Assembly (NCBI RefSeq): GCF_036365525.1
Contig: NC_090400.1
Location: forward strand, 47,327,138 to 47,391,137
DNA from: Heterodontus francisci
Taxonomy: Eukaryota
Direction of reading: 5' to 3'
Length of the DNA stretch: 64,000 bases
The notes under the pieces: model-generated
Told to the model about the DNA's origin: nothing
The model's input: the letters and a program-made list of their open reading frames with translations, nothing else
Databases searched by the model: none
Shown here: one piece after another, positions 26,947 to 41,244 of the stretch
How the letters are laid out: each line of letters starts with the position of its first letter
How positions within the stretch are numbered: the stretch's first letter is position 1
Position numbers and translations under genes: made by a program

Positions 26947-28204
26947 TTGAACAGCCCAAATATCTCCAGTCTCCCCTGCCAGAATTACAAGTCTTTACAC
27001 GTGCAGTATGTTGGAATATGATGGGGAACTGCAGTTGTGGGCACAAAGTTTCAGTTCCGGTTAGTTGTTCACTTTTTATTCAAAAGCTCTTGTGTAAAAC
27101 TTTTTTTTTCCCCAGTTCTTTTTTTCTCTTTCTCATGCTGGCATGTACTTTAATGGGCATTCTTTGTCTAGGTAGTCACTTTTCATGTTTACACCTGAAT
27201 AGTGTGTGGTGGCAGACTGCTGGAAGACATCACATGATCCCTATTAGGTCCTTACCTGATTGTACTCGTGTGTTCTGTTTTCCTCTAACCTGGGTCATTT
27301 AATGGGTTTCATTGGACAGGGATCAACAGTGGAAGCTTTGGCTGACTTTCCTGTTCCTTGGCTCAAAAGCTGATGTGATCAAACCCCATTCCATGTTTGA
27401 ATAGGGAGGAAAAAAAGCACCCTCACACTCCAATTGTTTGGAGGGTCCCCTGTAGAGCACATGCCACATAGCTGGCTTGACAGCTCTGCAGATAGATAAA
27501 TACCAGAGCTTAAGTAATTAAGGGGAATTCAAGGATAGCTGTTTTTTTTGTCTTTGAAAACTGCTTTCAAATTAAGATAATTGTGCATTGTCAGTGAGTG
27601 AATGCAAAGGGGATGGATGGAAAATTACATAGACTGGTAATTATCTAGCACATTATCTTCACAGCCAGAGGGTCCTTTAAAAGGTAACATGCCTTGTGTA
27701 ACCAATTACTGAGAATATAATAAATTAAAGCTTTTACAGCCTGTGAAAATTTGAATGGCTAAAAATGTGATTTTGCCACTAATTGCTCAGTCTCCTTCAA
27801 AACGAGGGAATGGCAGGCATGGGAAGTTGGATAAGGAAAGGCTTTTTGACAGATCAGTACAATCTACCTATTGTAGACTCGACACACTTGCTTAATTACC
27901 TAGCAGAGGGACCCCCAAGCCTTTGGAACTGTGGGACTGGATATGGGGTGGTGGTGGAGGGGTGCTGATTTGATCAATAGACACATGAGCCCCAGATATA
28001 GGAAACCAAAAGCTCCATAAATGTACATTGAGACCCCCTCCCATAAATGGGCAAAATACAAGACCATCCATACCCAGACAAAGCCCGACACCCCAAGCCC
28101 TCAGCCAACCATTTCTCTCGCTCCCCCTCCTTATTCCTCTAATGCTTAAACTTCAGTCTTAACCCGGTAAACCTTCTGGGATGGGAGACTGGTACAAAAG
28201 TCTG

Positions 28205-28610
28205 TTATCTGACTCGAGGCTCAGCTGGTAGCACTTTTGCCTCTGAGTTGAAAGGTTGTGGGTTCAAGTTCCACTCTAGAGCCTCGAGTACAAAAATCTA
28301 GGCTGACGCTGCAGTGTTGTACTGAGGGAGTGCTGCTGTCTTTTCAATCCCGTCTGCCTCAGTTGGATGCAAAAGATCCCTTGGTGCTATTTCAAAGAAG
28401 AGCAAGGGAGTTATCCACAGTGTGTTGACCAACATTTATCATTCAATCAACATCACGAAAAGAGATTATCTTGTCATTATCACATTGCTATTTTTGGGAG
28501 CTTGCTCTGTGTAAATTGGCCAAGTTTCCTATGTTACAACACTTTGATAGTACTTCATTGGCTATAAAGCAAGTTGGGATATCCTGAGGTTGTGAAAGGT
28601 GCTATAACAG
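28205..28610 (+). mobile_element. DeuSINE/SacSINE1-like SINE
   Basis: GGCTCAGCTGGTAGCAC (A box), GGGTTCAAGTTCC (B box), a Deu-like core and the TGTGAAAGGTGCTAT tail. Confidence 0.75.
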
Positions 28611-29371
28611 TCTTCCCCCCCCCCCCCCCCCACTTGGGGAGGAGCCTTTTTATCTCCCTCCAATCCTGGGAAATTTAAAATTACTTCAGGTGTGCTGCTC
28701 ATTCAGCAGAACGGAACCCAGCCCGGTACATTTACAGCACCGCGCTGTCTCTGGGTCTGCAGTCAGTGCAGACCTCGGCAACAGTTAATCGCAGAAAGGA
28801 TTCTATTGCCAAGATCAGCTGAGTCAGTACTGAAAATCTGCACACTCATCAGAATGAACAGTTATAAATTCCAGAATACCCAATATAAACAGGATGTTGG
28901 GATAACAAGCCTGGACTATCCTTAGTGAGATGCCAGTGTTAGTACTTGTACTGTTCATCTGGCACTGAGCCCCTCTTTCATATTAAGCTCACATGGGTCA
29001 ATTTTAACTCTCAATGAAACTAACCATCGTCGAAGTACATTTTATGTGCTTAATATCCAAAGAATTTGAAGGCAGATGAAACAAACTTATGGACCAGATT
29101 TGGCCCAGTTGGGCAGTCCCAGGCTAATGGTTCTGCAAAATTTATCTGCATCCCAAGATAGTTGAATAAAACCTCACCAACTCATTCTATGCTTGTCACT
29201 TTCCTAATCAAAGGTCATCAACCTGCAATTGTGTTTCTTTCCCCACAGCTACTGCTTGACCTGATTGTTTCCATCATTTTCTGTTCTAATTTCAATTTTG
29301 CAGTATTTTGTTGCTGTTTAACTTTTCACATGCTGTTTTTCACAGCAGCATTTGGTCACCTCTGTCCATTA

Positions 29372-29670
29372 GGGGCGGCGCAGTGGTTAGCACCGTGGCC
29401 TCACAGCTCCAGCGACCCGGGTTCAATTCTGGATACTGCCTGTGCGGAGTTTGCAAGTTCTCCCTGTGACCGCGTGGGTTTGCGCCGGGTGCTCCGGTTT
29501 CCTCCCACAGCCAAAGACTTGCAGGTGATAGGTAAATTGTCCCTAGTGTAGGTAGGTGGTAGGGAATATGGGATTGTTGCACGGTTAGTATAAATGGGTG
29601 GTTGTTGTTCGGCACAGACTCGGTGGGCCGAAGGGCCTGTTTCAGTGCTGTATCTCTAAATAAATAAATT
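29372..29670 (+). mobile_element. HE1-type V-SINE
   Basis: tRNA-like head, V domain CCGGGTGCTCCGGTTTCCTCCCACA, (TAAA)n tail. Confidence 0.9.
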
Positions 29671-30401
29671 TATCTCATTTTTGTCCTGAGATTTTGAACG
29701 GATCCATCTTTTACTGGGATTCTGTTCCATGTGTTAATCTCATTGGTACAGTAGAGTGGGATGTTATTAGCATTTAAAATGCAGTTGAATGGTTGAGCTG
29801 AGGGACTGCAGAGCTGAGCTTCAGTTGACTGGCCTTTACTCCTCTTTGGTTCTATTAATTCATTGTCCATTTAGAAGATTGGTCATGGCTGCAGCATGGG
29901 TTTAATCCCGCTGTGGTAGTTCATGAAGACCTGCCTCCTCGCCTTGCCCTATGCTTGCAGAATGGTGACCCTCAAGCTATACATCACCAACTGTCTTACT
30001 CTAATGGGGAGAGATGCCTATGGTCCTTTGGGACTACAGCTACAACATGTTGGTTGGTCATGCTGTTCCTCTTCCCTGATAAAGGGAAAATTCACAAGTT
30101 CCAAGTGCATTTATATTAGCACAGAAACAACTGGATAAAAGACTTTGCTTCTGCACGGATCATAAAGGCAACTCTTCCACTGTCTTACTCCACCATCCTT
30201 GTACTCCAAATCTTAAATCAAGGTTCAGTGAATTTGAGATTTGTTTTTTTTCCCCCAAACAATCCCTGATGCACGTTAATTAGTTGGACTGAAGCCAGCT
30301 CAGGACTACCTCTGGAGCTGAGAGTCCCAGGGCTGCATTGTCCACATTTGACTCTCAAAAGATTTCATTGTTCCCTGTGCTTTTTTCTTTCCCTGTTGCA
30401 G

Positions 30402-30511
30402 GACACTCTGATTACTTCCTCTTTCCTCACCACGGGCTTTGGGCCAAGGCTGCATCCGCTGTCATTTGGAGAAGGAGTTGAAGTAGACCCTTTGCCGCCA
30501 AAGGAGATTAG
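30402..30511 (+). CDS. RFLNB: Refilin coding exon 2 (not in the ORF track)
   Basis: Polypyrimidine tract and CAG acceptor at 30399-30401. Reads DTLITSSFLTTGFGPRLHPLSFGEGVEVDPLPPKEI-R, with the refilin motif PLSFGEGVEFDPLPPKE. Phase 0 in, phase 2 out, donor GTAAAT at 30512. Confidence 0.93.
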
Positions 30512-31477
30512 GTAAATGACAGGACACCTCTGCTGGAGCTGCAGGATGTGTTTGGTTTTTTTTTTCTCTCCAGTTTGTTGAAATGAAAGAGATTTTTGTA
30601 ATTTAGTAATATGTTTTTGTCCACACTCGAAGCTTAATAAAAATTCCACATTGGGGTGTTGTGGATTGTACTGATGAACCAAATGGGGCTGGAGACCTAA
30701 TGTAAACAAATTCTGTTTCCCATTTCTGCACTGTATCTGGCATTACAAATTAGCTTTTTTTTCTCCTAGATATTCTCTCCAAGTCAGTGTGACTGGTCGC
30801 TCATAGGCAGATCCCACATTCCTTCACAATCAGGACTTCATTGCCTTGTATCTTGTAATAAAATATGCCATACTGTCCCTGTTACAGGGCTAAATGTAGC
30901 TCTTCCTCTGGGCTAAATGTAACTCTTCCTCAGGGCTTGCTCTATTTTAAAAGAAGTAATGGTTCTCTCGATATGTCTCCCATACCAGGTCTTGGTCAAC
31001 TGAGTTAGCCTAAGTGATTCCTCTTTTGTTCCTTTGCTGGTCAGTCAACCAGCAGCTTGACCTCTAACCCCCTCCCTGTCTGGCTGTTGGCCAAATAGGA
31101 CTGACAAATTGATAGCTGCACCCTGACCAAGCGTGAACTCCTTGATACTAACAGCTCCTGAACTGAAATGGATGCGGCATTTCTATATCTAATATTTGAT
31201 TATTTGCTGGGATCTTTTTAATGCCCATTGTTCTACGATGGAATGAAAAGCAGGATGCAGAATTTTGGATAAATGTTTTGTCCGAATTCTAAACTGTTTC
31301 TCTGCACTGCTGTTCAGGGAACCATTTTTGATTTGCAAGTTACACGTAACTATAAACCACACCAAGATCATCTTGTGGTGAAATAGAAATCCCAAAACAT
31401 GGCACTTAGGTAAAACACATTTGACTCTAAACTGTCTTCCCTGAAGTGGCCTTGCAAAACACTCGGTTCTATCAAAC

Positions 31478-31816
31478 TGCGGCGCAGTGGTTAGCACCGC
31501 AGCCTCACAGCTCCAGTGACCCGGGTTCAATTCTGGGTACTGCCTGTGTGGAGTTTGCAAGTTCTCCCTGTGTTTGTGTGGGTTTCCTCCGGGTGCTCCG
31601 GTTTCCTCCCACATGCCAAAGACTTGCAGGTTGATAGGTAAATTGGCTATTATAAATTGCCCCTAGTATAGGTAGGTGGTAGGGGAATATAGGGACAGGT
31701 GGGGATGTGGTAGGAATATGGGATTAGTGTAGGATTAGTATAAATGGGTGGTTGATGGTCGGCGCAGACTCGGTGGGCTGAAGGGCCTGTTTCAGTGCTG
31801 TATCTCTAAAACTAAA
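31478..31816 (+). mobile_element. HE1-type V-SINE
   Basis: Same head, V domain and tail as 29372-29670. Confidence 0.9.
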
Positions 31817-32095
31817 TGGATTTTTATCCGTTTTTTTTCTCTCTGCTAAATTTAGCTAGACTTGCCATTCGTGGGTCACTGCTTTGAAACTTTACCCGCA
31901 TTGAAAGGTCCTTGGACAACATTGTGTCAGAAATGGGTTGTGCCTTTGGTTGAGCAGTGGTGAGTTCCCAGGCAGGATCAACCTAGCCAATTCCTCTAGG
32001 CCATGGTCCAGTGTGAGACTCTGTTTCAGCAAATTGCCTCGTAAAGGAAATATGAGCGTTTTTGAATAAAAAGCCCCTTGTGTGTTTGCTCCCAG

Positions 32096-32429
32096 GTACA
32101 CCGCCTCTGTGAAGTATGATTCAGACCGGCACTATGTCAACAATGTGATCCTGCAGCACACCCTGGGCATAAGCTCCTGCAGCCAGACAGTCATCTGCGT
32201 CCCTAACTGCACATGGAGAAATTACAAGACGGAGTTGAAATTTGAGCCGCAACACAAACCGCAGCGATTCCGCAGCACTATCATTGTTTACCCGAAGTAT
32301 GCAAAGACGGTCTATACAACCACTGTGGATTACAACTGCAGAAAAGCAGCACGGAAATTTTTGTCCAGCGTGGAACTGGAAGCCACAGATTACAGTAGCA
32401 GTGAAATGGTGTTCTTTGATGGCCAGTGA
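32096..32429 (+). CDS. RFLNB: Refilin coding exon 3 (filamin-binding region), ends at TGA
   Basis: CCCAG acceptor ending 32095. Reads R-YTASVKYDSDRHY...PNCTWRNYKTELKFEP...STIIVYPKY...DYNCRK...FLSSVELE. Phase fits exon 2; spliced product 219 aa. Confidence 0.95.
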
Positions 32430-35400
32430 CTTAAAATAACATACTCCCTGCTTTTTTTGTTCTTTTAAGAGGTTTTTTTTGAATCCATTGATTCGTTAGA
32501 CTGTCCAAAATTGCTTCTAAATCGTGGTGGCTTCTGAACCTGTTCAATACTGCATTTCTTTTACTCTTTGCCACATAATCTACATCGTGTTTCTTTTTTA
32601 ATCGCCCAATAAAGTTTAGGAATTTTCTTAGAGATTTTATTGCCATTGACGCGTATAGGACAGGAATAGATTAAGGACGTGAAACACAGGAAACCAGTTG
32701 TAATTTTAATTGTTTTAATATGTATGGATTGGTGATGGGTGTTGAGGTGCATCAACTTGTCCGTCCGCCGGGAACCTGGGTGTGAGTCTGTGTGGGAATG
32801 GGTGCATTGTCCCCAAAGTTTACACGAGGTCCTACACAGCGTGAGTACAGTGTGGGGAAGGACATGAGAAGTAAGTCGGAAAACTTGGCTGCGCCTGGCC
32901 TTGACCAGCATACACAGACTGGAGATAGGTGTAGCTGAATGTCGGTCTTGTTTTGAGTTTGGGCATGGGACTGAGTGTCCGGGTGATGCTGGGCAAAAGA
33001 CTCAAAACATGACTCCAAGGAAATCCCATTGCATGCACCAATTTTTTTTTCTAAACTTTACACTGAAGTAATTTAGCACAGCTTGTGCATTTATTACATA
33101 AAAGTGGAAATGCTGTGTTTGAAGCAATTAGTTCAGTTGAAATACAGTCCAGGTACAATCAGCAGTGGAGGGTTTGGAATAAGTAAACTTGAGGTTAATG
33201 TGGATTTCTTCATGACAAACTGAACAATTGTAATTGTGTTTTAATAGGTTTCTTAACATTCTCCCTGGATTGCACTGTACTTTAGTAACAGCCCGCACCT
33301 GATGTCCACATATGTCACCACATATTTGCTGAAATATTACAGGGCTCTGAAGAATTCCATTACGACCCTATGAAATAAAGTGTAGTGGGACTTAATTTTC
33401 AAATGTACTACTTACCGGTAAAAAGATAACATTACCCCACGCCTGCTTATGTTGAAAACTATTTCATTTGCCTTTATTATAGCCGGGAAGGGTGGTGGAG
33501 GGGGAAGGATTATTATCTATTCTTTCCTTTGGAAACATTATCAGAGATGGTTGGATGTTGTGCCACCTCAGCTGTTTTACCTGAAACCAGCTCTTCACAA
33601 GTGAGGAAACTATATGGGTATTGTATGACTAAAGGTGCTATACTCCTGATAGAACTGAGTGGAGTATCAGGATGGGTATAGATGAAGAAGGCTAGCCAGA
33701 AAGACTCAACCATTTCTCTTCTCATCCCTCCCCCAAGACATCCAGCTCTTCCTTGAATGATTGTCGGAGCCTTGCCTACAATGCCCTCCCTGCACCAGTC
33801 CATTCATGGATTGAGCACTGTTTTGTGAAGAACTTGCTGACCTGCCAAAGTTTACCTTTCACCAGTATCAACCACCGTCCTCTTGTCGTGGTTTATTCTC
33901 CTTTGTGTATATAAATGAGTCACAGAGATGCTCAATTTTGAAGAGTAAACCATCTGCTACAACACTTTATGAAACTTGCAGTTTTAAAATAGTAATTTTT
34001 TTCGGTGATTGGTCAGAAGTTGCTCTTAATGGGGCTGTAAGAACAGGTTCTTAATATGGTATCTACAAATCTGATGGTGTTGGCAGTGCATCTAATGCTG
34101 AAATGAGAGTGGCAGATTGTGCAAGGTTGCATTGAAACTTGAAGGCTTGTTTTAGGTCTAATGGTGGGTTAGGATGGGCTCCTTCAAGACACATTGGATA
34201 TTGACAATGAGGGAAAAGCAAGTTAATGCTACCAAGTTGTACTAGCTACGGTTGGAAGATACAATACTTGCTACATTTCAAAGCCAGCTTCTTTGGGTGG
34301 GGGGTGTGTGGTGTTTGAGGGTTGATGGGGAGGGTTCAGCCACTTTAAAACTGCTCAAGCACTTGTAATATTTGGAAGGGTACAAATAAGACTGCTTCCT
34401 TTCTTTTTTTCTTTTGAGGAGTTAAAAAGACCAAAAGAGGAAAGTTTCTCTTACTGAAGCACTTGTCTAGAATGTGGTTCAACAAATGTTTGCACAAATA
34501 TCCCAGCTCAGCCCAAGCAGTTTTAAAAAAAAAAAAATACAGTATAGGTATTGTATGTGGCTGGTTCAATAAATGTGGAATATTTTAATGTATCTGTAGT
34601 TGTGTGATTATTCAGGTTACTAGATTAAACAGATTGCCTGAAGCCATTGATAAGGGCCTTAATGCTTTAAAAGATGACTTTTTCAGGACTCTCGATGGTG
34701 CCTCAAGTTCGCACCGATGAGGGGAGCTTAACCCAGTTGAAGAGCATGTGTTAAGATGCACACTGCAAGCGTTTTAAGTTTGTGCACACACTTAAATATG
34801 GTGTTGCATACCGAATACCTGACACCTGACTAGGCTTTGCAGCAATGATTTAAGTGAGTGGGGGAAGACATGATCCCGGCAGTTTCATGAAATGCGACAC
34901 TTGTCCTGAAATAGTTCAGATAATCCGTGAAACAGATCAGCTCTGCTGATGTATGTTTGGTCATTGAAATTGACTGACTAAATTGCTAGTCTTAAAAGGG
35001 CATAGCTATTTGACTCCGAATTCAGTAATGTCTTCCACATTCAAAACTGGGAACTGATATTTGTTTATTGAAAACTTTTGGATGAGCCAAATATTTCAGC
35101 ATTAGAATTGGAAAAAGTTAGGATTTTAATTGTATTTCGGAGCAGTGGAAGTACACAATATTTCCAGACCAACATGACATGAAGTGCCCCAAGGTTTGTA
35201 TGCAAACAGATTGGGAGCAATCTACTCCAATGTCAGAACGCAATGTCAATTGGTAAGTGTACATGGGCTATACATGTTCTGTTACAAACTGTTATTAATG
35301 TTTCTCAAAAATAGCAATTAAACTCCACTATATAAAGGAATGCCTTAAATTCCACTTTAAAAAATGTTTCTCAAGGCTAGTGAAATTAGCTTTAATGCTT

Positions 35401-38400
35401 TTTTAAAAGAAAAGTAATTATTTGGGATTTTATGCTAAATGTGTGGATCATAATGTGTTGGGTAATGGATACATCATTTCACAATCCGTAACTAATGACT
35501 ATCTCGAGTGTTTTCCAATCCGTTGTAGCTGGAGCAGTTAGAGTAAAAACCCACCAATAGTCTCAACTCCATCTTTAGAAGAATGTTCCCCTAATGCATC
35601 AGAATTTTTTTCTACCCAACTCTGCCAATTCCTATGACCTCTGAGTGAGCTGGTCAGTTTAGAGCAGTTTTATGCTATGGGCTATCTATACTTTTCCCCT
35701 GCTGCAGTGGGTCCAAAGTAAACTTTCATTCTGCTAGTCTACTGGATTCTGGCTCAGGACCTGCACTGGAGAGGACATGATGGCAACCTAGAGTACCATC
35801 CATTTTGATTTGTCTACATAATTGCTTATTTGTGAATGTTTCTGCTGGGTAGGTGGGATGGGTTGGGGCGCTCTATGCAGTGGCCGTCTGTCTTCCATGC
35901 TTTCTAAATTTGGCTAAAGGTACACTTTTTCACATGAAGGATGATACAGGTCTAGCTTCAGCCTTTCCTTCCTTCACTGTGCTGTGCTGAAGTGATCTGT
36001 TGTAGCCCAGATCTGGATGAGAATGGGCTTAACCTTGCTGCAGTGTGCAGGTCAAAGTGGAAGGGGAGCGTAAAGTGAGTAAATGTAATGCTAGTACTGT
36101 AATTGTAATCCAGGCGTGCCTGTATGATGAAAATACTGAAAGTCGTGACCATTCTTTTCTCCAGTTTGCCCCAATCTGACTCACTTTATAGGTGGAGATT
36201 TGAAACTGTGTTACACCACCCTGTCTGTAAACACTAAATTAAGTTACAGAATGGCTTCATTGTAGTACAGTTTGGATTAAAGTGCAAATACTATGAAGCA
36301 ATGTGCCAGGCATAGCATTCCAGAGCATGAGGAATTTAAAGTGGCTTGACTTTTTGCTTTTTTAACTATGCTTTCTGACAATTGGGGGATGAGATTTTTC
36401 TGTTATTTACTTCAAGATTGCTTAAATTCTGCTACAATAATTTGTTCAGTGATTAGTCACTCCGTTACTCGTGTATCAGAACATTGTTTGGCCTGGCATG
36501 GATTGATTTTGCTGAAAGCTTTTTTTTTTAAAGCTTTGTATTGTTTCAAGTAGAGATTTGATTTGAAAAAGGTGCAAAGTATGAATTTAAAAAATGGCTT
36601 ACCCAATAGATGTTGCATTTTGCTGTATTAATGTACTGGAATTTTTAATATCTAACTTCCATCCATTTTAATGCTCTTTACTGAAATGGGTGTCTGTTGG
36701 GGTGGTCAGAAGAGTTTAATAACATGCAGAGAGTTATGTCAGACAGAAAATTAGTTTCAAACCACTCTTGTACTTTGTAGGAGCCAGCAAATTATGCTGC
36801 TTGCCCAAAGGGGGAATGAGGAAATAAATGATTAAAATAGGGGGAAAAGGATACTAATTGAGGAATTGAACATGTGTCACTGTCTGTTGGATATAGTTCT
36901 GTTTTTTTTTATTATTGACAATGCCGTTCAACCCCTGCATGTGAGCTGGCTCTACGATGTCAGTGCAACCTCTTTATTCTGCCCCATTAGCTTTGGAGCC
37001 CTTTTACAGTAAAACTGGATTGTTCTTCAGTGTCTCATTGAAACCCAGTGAAATTACAACACATCAAAACCTTCCACTAAGCAAGGTTAATTTACTGTAA
37101 GGACTTTAGCAGCAAGAAATACAGCCAAGTGTAACTTTTAGAAAAAAGTACTTTAATAACTCACCAGTCACTTGGCCTGATAAATTGTGTGTACAACAAA
37201 GCAGTGAAGAGACAGTTAATTCCTGAGGAATAATTCATAAACTGTTACAATTGTAAAGCAATTAGATCAATATGTAGTTTTTTTTTTTGTAAACAAATAT
37301 CAAGTCCAGAAGGCATGTTTTTGAACTAACTGCATTACAGTAAGGGCTATCTTTAATTTGAATTCTGTAAGAAATAATATGTGCAAGATGTCCCTTTTTC
37401 AATTATCTATAACAGATTTCTATGGAAAGTGAAGATATATGCACACTCAAAGACTCTTTTTGGAGGGGGAGGATTTTATAGTATTGTGGTCCTGAGTTGA
37501 AGCTCTGGGACTGGCCAGTAACTCCACCTAACACAATACATTATGATCTTCCTCGTTTGCTGGAGTATCGAATCTTGCTGTTACTGATCTCTGCACAGAT
37601 TTGGGACAACATTCATGTTGACTAACTGCAAATTTACAGAAGATATAGAATTTTGCATATGTGTTGTGTTCTATGATTAAAGAGCCCAAAAACTTACAAA
37701 CCAATATAATGAACAATGACAAGTAAAGACCCTCTGGTCCTTCTAGCCTGTCCCACATAATTGCGATACCTTTTGTATCACAATATATACACAATCAGCT
37801 GAAACTGTGACATCCTGTAAAATGTTATAAGGAGAGCGACAACAGATGATTGAGTGGCCAACTTCCCAACCCACCTAATGTAAAATTCATGGCTTGTATA
37901 TTTGTATATTTTTAAAGTGTGGTCCACCGTATTCTTTTGAATCAATGGCGACCCCGTCTGGGCAGTGTACCACAGAACTTGTCATAGTCTGTGTCAACTG
38001 AACAATGAAACCAAAGATCAAATCCTTGATTAACTGCACTGCATGCACAAATGTAAAATCAGGAACCTTGGTATTTAGAATATTTAAAAATAAATGAGGC
38101 TGACAGCAATTTCTTGTAATTTGAGACATTTGTACATTCAAATGTATTTATGCAATCATTTTTGATTTGTGGTAACTTTAAATGCACAAATTTGGAAAAA
38201 ATTGATATTGACAATCTCCTGACATTTTTTGGTATTTTCATTTGATATCTTTGCAATGTTAAATTATTTTTATAACATTTTTGCATTTGAAAGCAGCGTC
38301 AAGCTTTTCTTTGGGAACACTGCAGCTCATTCTCAAGTATGATGGAAGCATTTTGAATGTGGGAGTTTCACGAGGACAAGACTGAGGTTGAATCTAAAAA

Positions 38401-39461
38401 TCAGATGTACAGTAAGGCAAGATCTTCAATGGAGTGAACAATTCCTGCTGGGAGTGCAACCTTCTTTGTCTCACCTAAACAGAGTCGTGCAATAATTTGA
38501 GGTCAATTTTAACCATGGCAAAAAGAAAAGCTTTGTGTTTTTCAACCCATCTTTAACTCAGCGGAAAGCAAAATGGTGTTTTGGGTGCACTAAACATGCT
38601 CTGTGGGTCACAATTCTTCCTTTGCAGCTTTGCTCATAGATTTAGCAGTTGCTAAACTGTCTTAATGTGTAATAATGAAATTGGTCACAATTTCACATGT
38701 TAAACTGACCATGTGCCATCTGAGGGCAGGAAGGATTGCCCAGTTCAGAGTATTGCCAATACCATACCTGAAATGGCCACACAAAGTTGTGGGAGTACAG
38801 CCAGAGCTGACTAAACAGTATGATTTTCACCTCCATTGGGCTACTCACCCTATTTGAGAGAATTAGGAGTGGATTAGTGTCTTACCAGTCACTGCATTTT
38901 ACTCACCTTAAAATCAAATTATCACAATTTTATAACATCATTCAACAAAGTACAAAATTCATAGCAAGAAAGAGGACAAGTTTGGTTTGGTTTGAATTTG
39001 CATGAGGAATAAAGCCATTAGCCTGAGCAGTTGTAGGTTTAAATACCAACTGTTTACCTGTGTACTGATAACTGCAGTATGGTCATTTTACATGCAAGGC
39101 TCTTGTTGTTATGCCCCAAAAAAGGGGAAACAATCCGATTCAAACCCCTTATTTTTTTCTCTTCACCCAGCTGAAAATGGCTTGTGATTACAGAGCCTAA
39201 TCAGATTGCCTCAAATTATTAAAAAATGCACTAGTCAACATACTGAAACCAAAAATGAAGAGGTTTGAAACATGACTGACAGCCTGTGTCCTGGTTGGTT
39301 CAATAAGATTTTCTTTTAGAATGTTTGCAAAACATAGAAAGGGGAACTTAAACCACATTCAAATTTGCATTTGCAGATTTATAACTACAAGGAACATAAT
39401 GGGATTGGAGGGGTACAGACTGGTTCAGGCAGTTGAAATGGACAGCTATGAAATTTGGACT

Positions 39462-39947
<486 letters not shown>

Positions 39948-41244
39948 TTATAAAGAGGCTGTATATTTGAAGAGTTTAGTAATTTTTTTTAGGCACGTTA
40001 GTAGAAGTAGGTTCCAGCAACTCCTACTACTGTGATAAGGAAGCACTGATGTGTGTCCCCTGTTGGTTTTCAGGTGAAGTCATTATTATTAAAAGAATGA
40101 GGATTTTATTGTAATATTACTGTCCTACTGTTCTATATCTTGATAAAGTAAACAAGCAACCTACTCGAGGTGTTTGCTCATGCCACACTGAATTATTTGA
40201 AATAGTGTTCAAGAATGGCGGTTCCACCTCCCTTACGGGCAGCTGATCATGTTCCCAGGTTGCTCTACTTAAAAATTATAAATTTACTGCCATGGGGAAA
40301 TTGTGGAGGTGACTGATATCGTAACATTTTACAGTGCAAGGCAAGAATTCATAACATACTAGAACAGCTAACCTGTACAAAATATAAAATGTAACTAAGA
40401 TTGGGAGTAAGTTCGTTAAAATTCAGTCTTACTGTTCAGCTGCCATTTACAAAACACTTTCAGCTTGTGCTGCCACATGAACCCTGTGATTCTGTAAATG
40501 TCTTGCATAATTCTCTGGTATCTATTTATTCCGTAGCATATTAAGAGGGCAACACAGCTTTTACAATGGGATTAGGCAATACTATTCCAGGCATCAGGAC
40601 TCTTAGTCTGCTCTGTTACAGTTTGTAATCACAAGATGCCATCTACTGGAATTCATATAAACTGCAATAGAATAATCCACATCATAGCCAGCACATACAG
40701 CCATTAACCAAAATAATTTGGCTGAATTCCCATTACAATAATACCTGCCATGTACGTGATGCTGCTTTCATTATTTAGTAACATGGAGCAATTAAAATTT
40801 GATTAAAGAGTTTGCACTGATCCAGAATGGATCTGAGTTCTACAGGGGTTTAGGGAGCTTTCTACTGCATAGTGCCAACTCTAATACAAAATAGTAAATA
40901 GGAATCTTGTTAAAACAAATACAAATAAAAGTTTATATATATTTGCTACTGTTATCCTATTTCTCTGTGGAAAGCTATACACTGCTCAGGGAAGGTAAAT
41001 CATCTTTAAAAGAGCAAACTTGGAGCTGTCTGGACTTTGTTTTAATTATTCTTTTGCCCTACATCTTAAAGAAAGATGCACAGAAATAAGTGGGGTTTAC
41101 AGTTCATTAGTTTGCCACATGAAATACAGTTCAAATAGATTTATTGCTGCAATACCAGCAAAAGTGGCTCAAACTTTGCTATGGGGTTGACCGCAGTCAA
41201 AAAACATACCAAGCAATTGCTAAATACCACACCTCTGTAGTTAC

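Noticed and set aside
29372-29450. tRNA-like sequence with A and B boxes (also about 10790, 31478, 42393, 52483, 28215)
   Set aside because: These are heads of tRNA-derived SINEs that continue into SINE bodies, with no complete cloverleaf.
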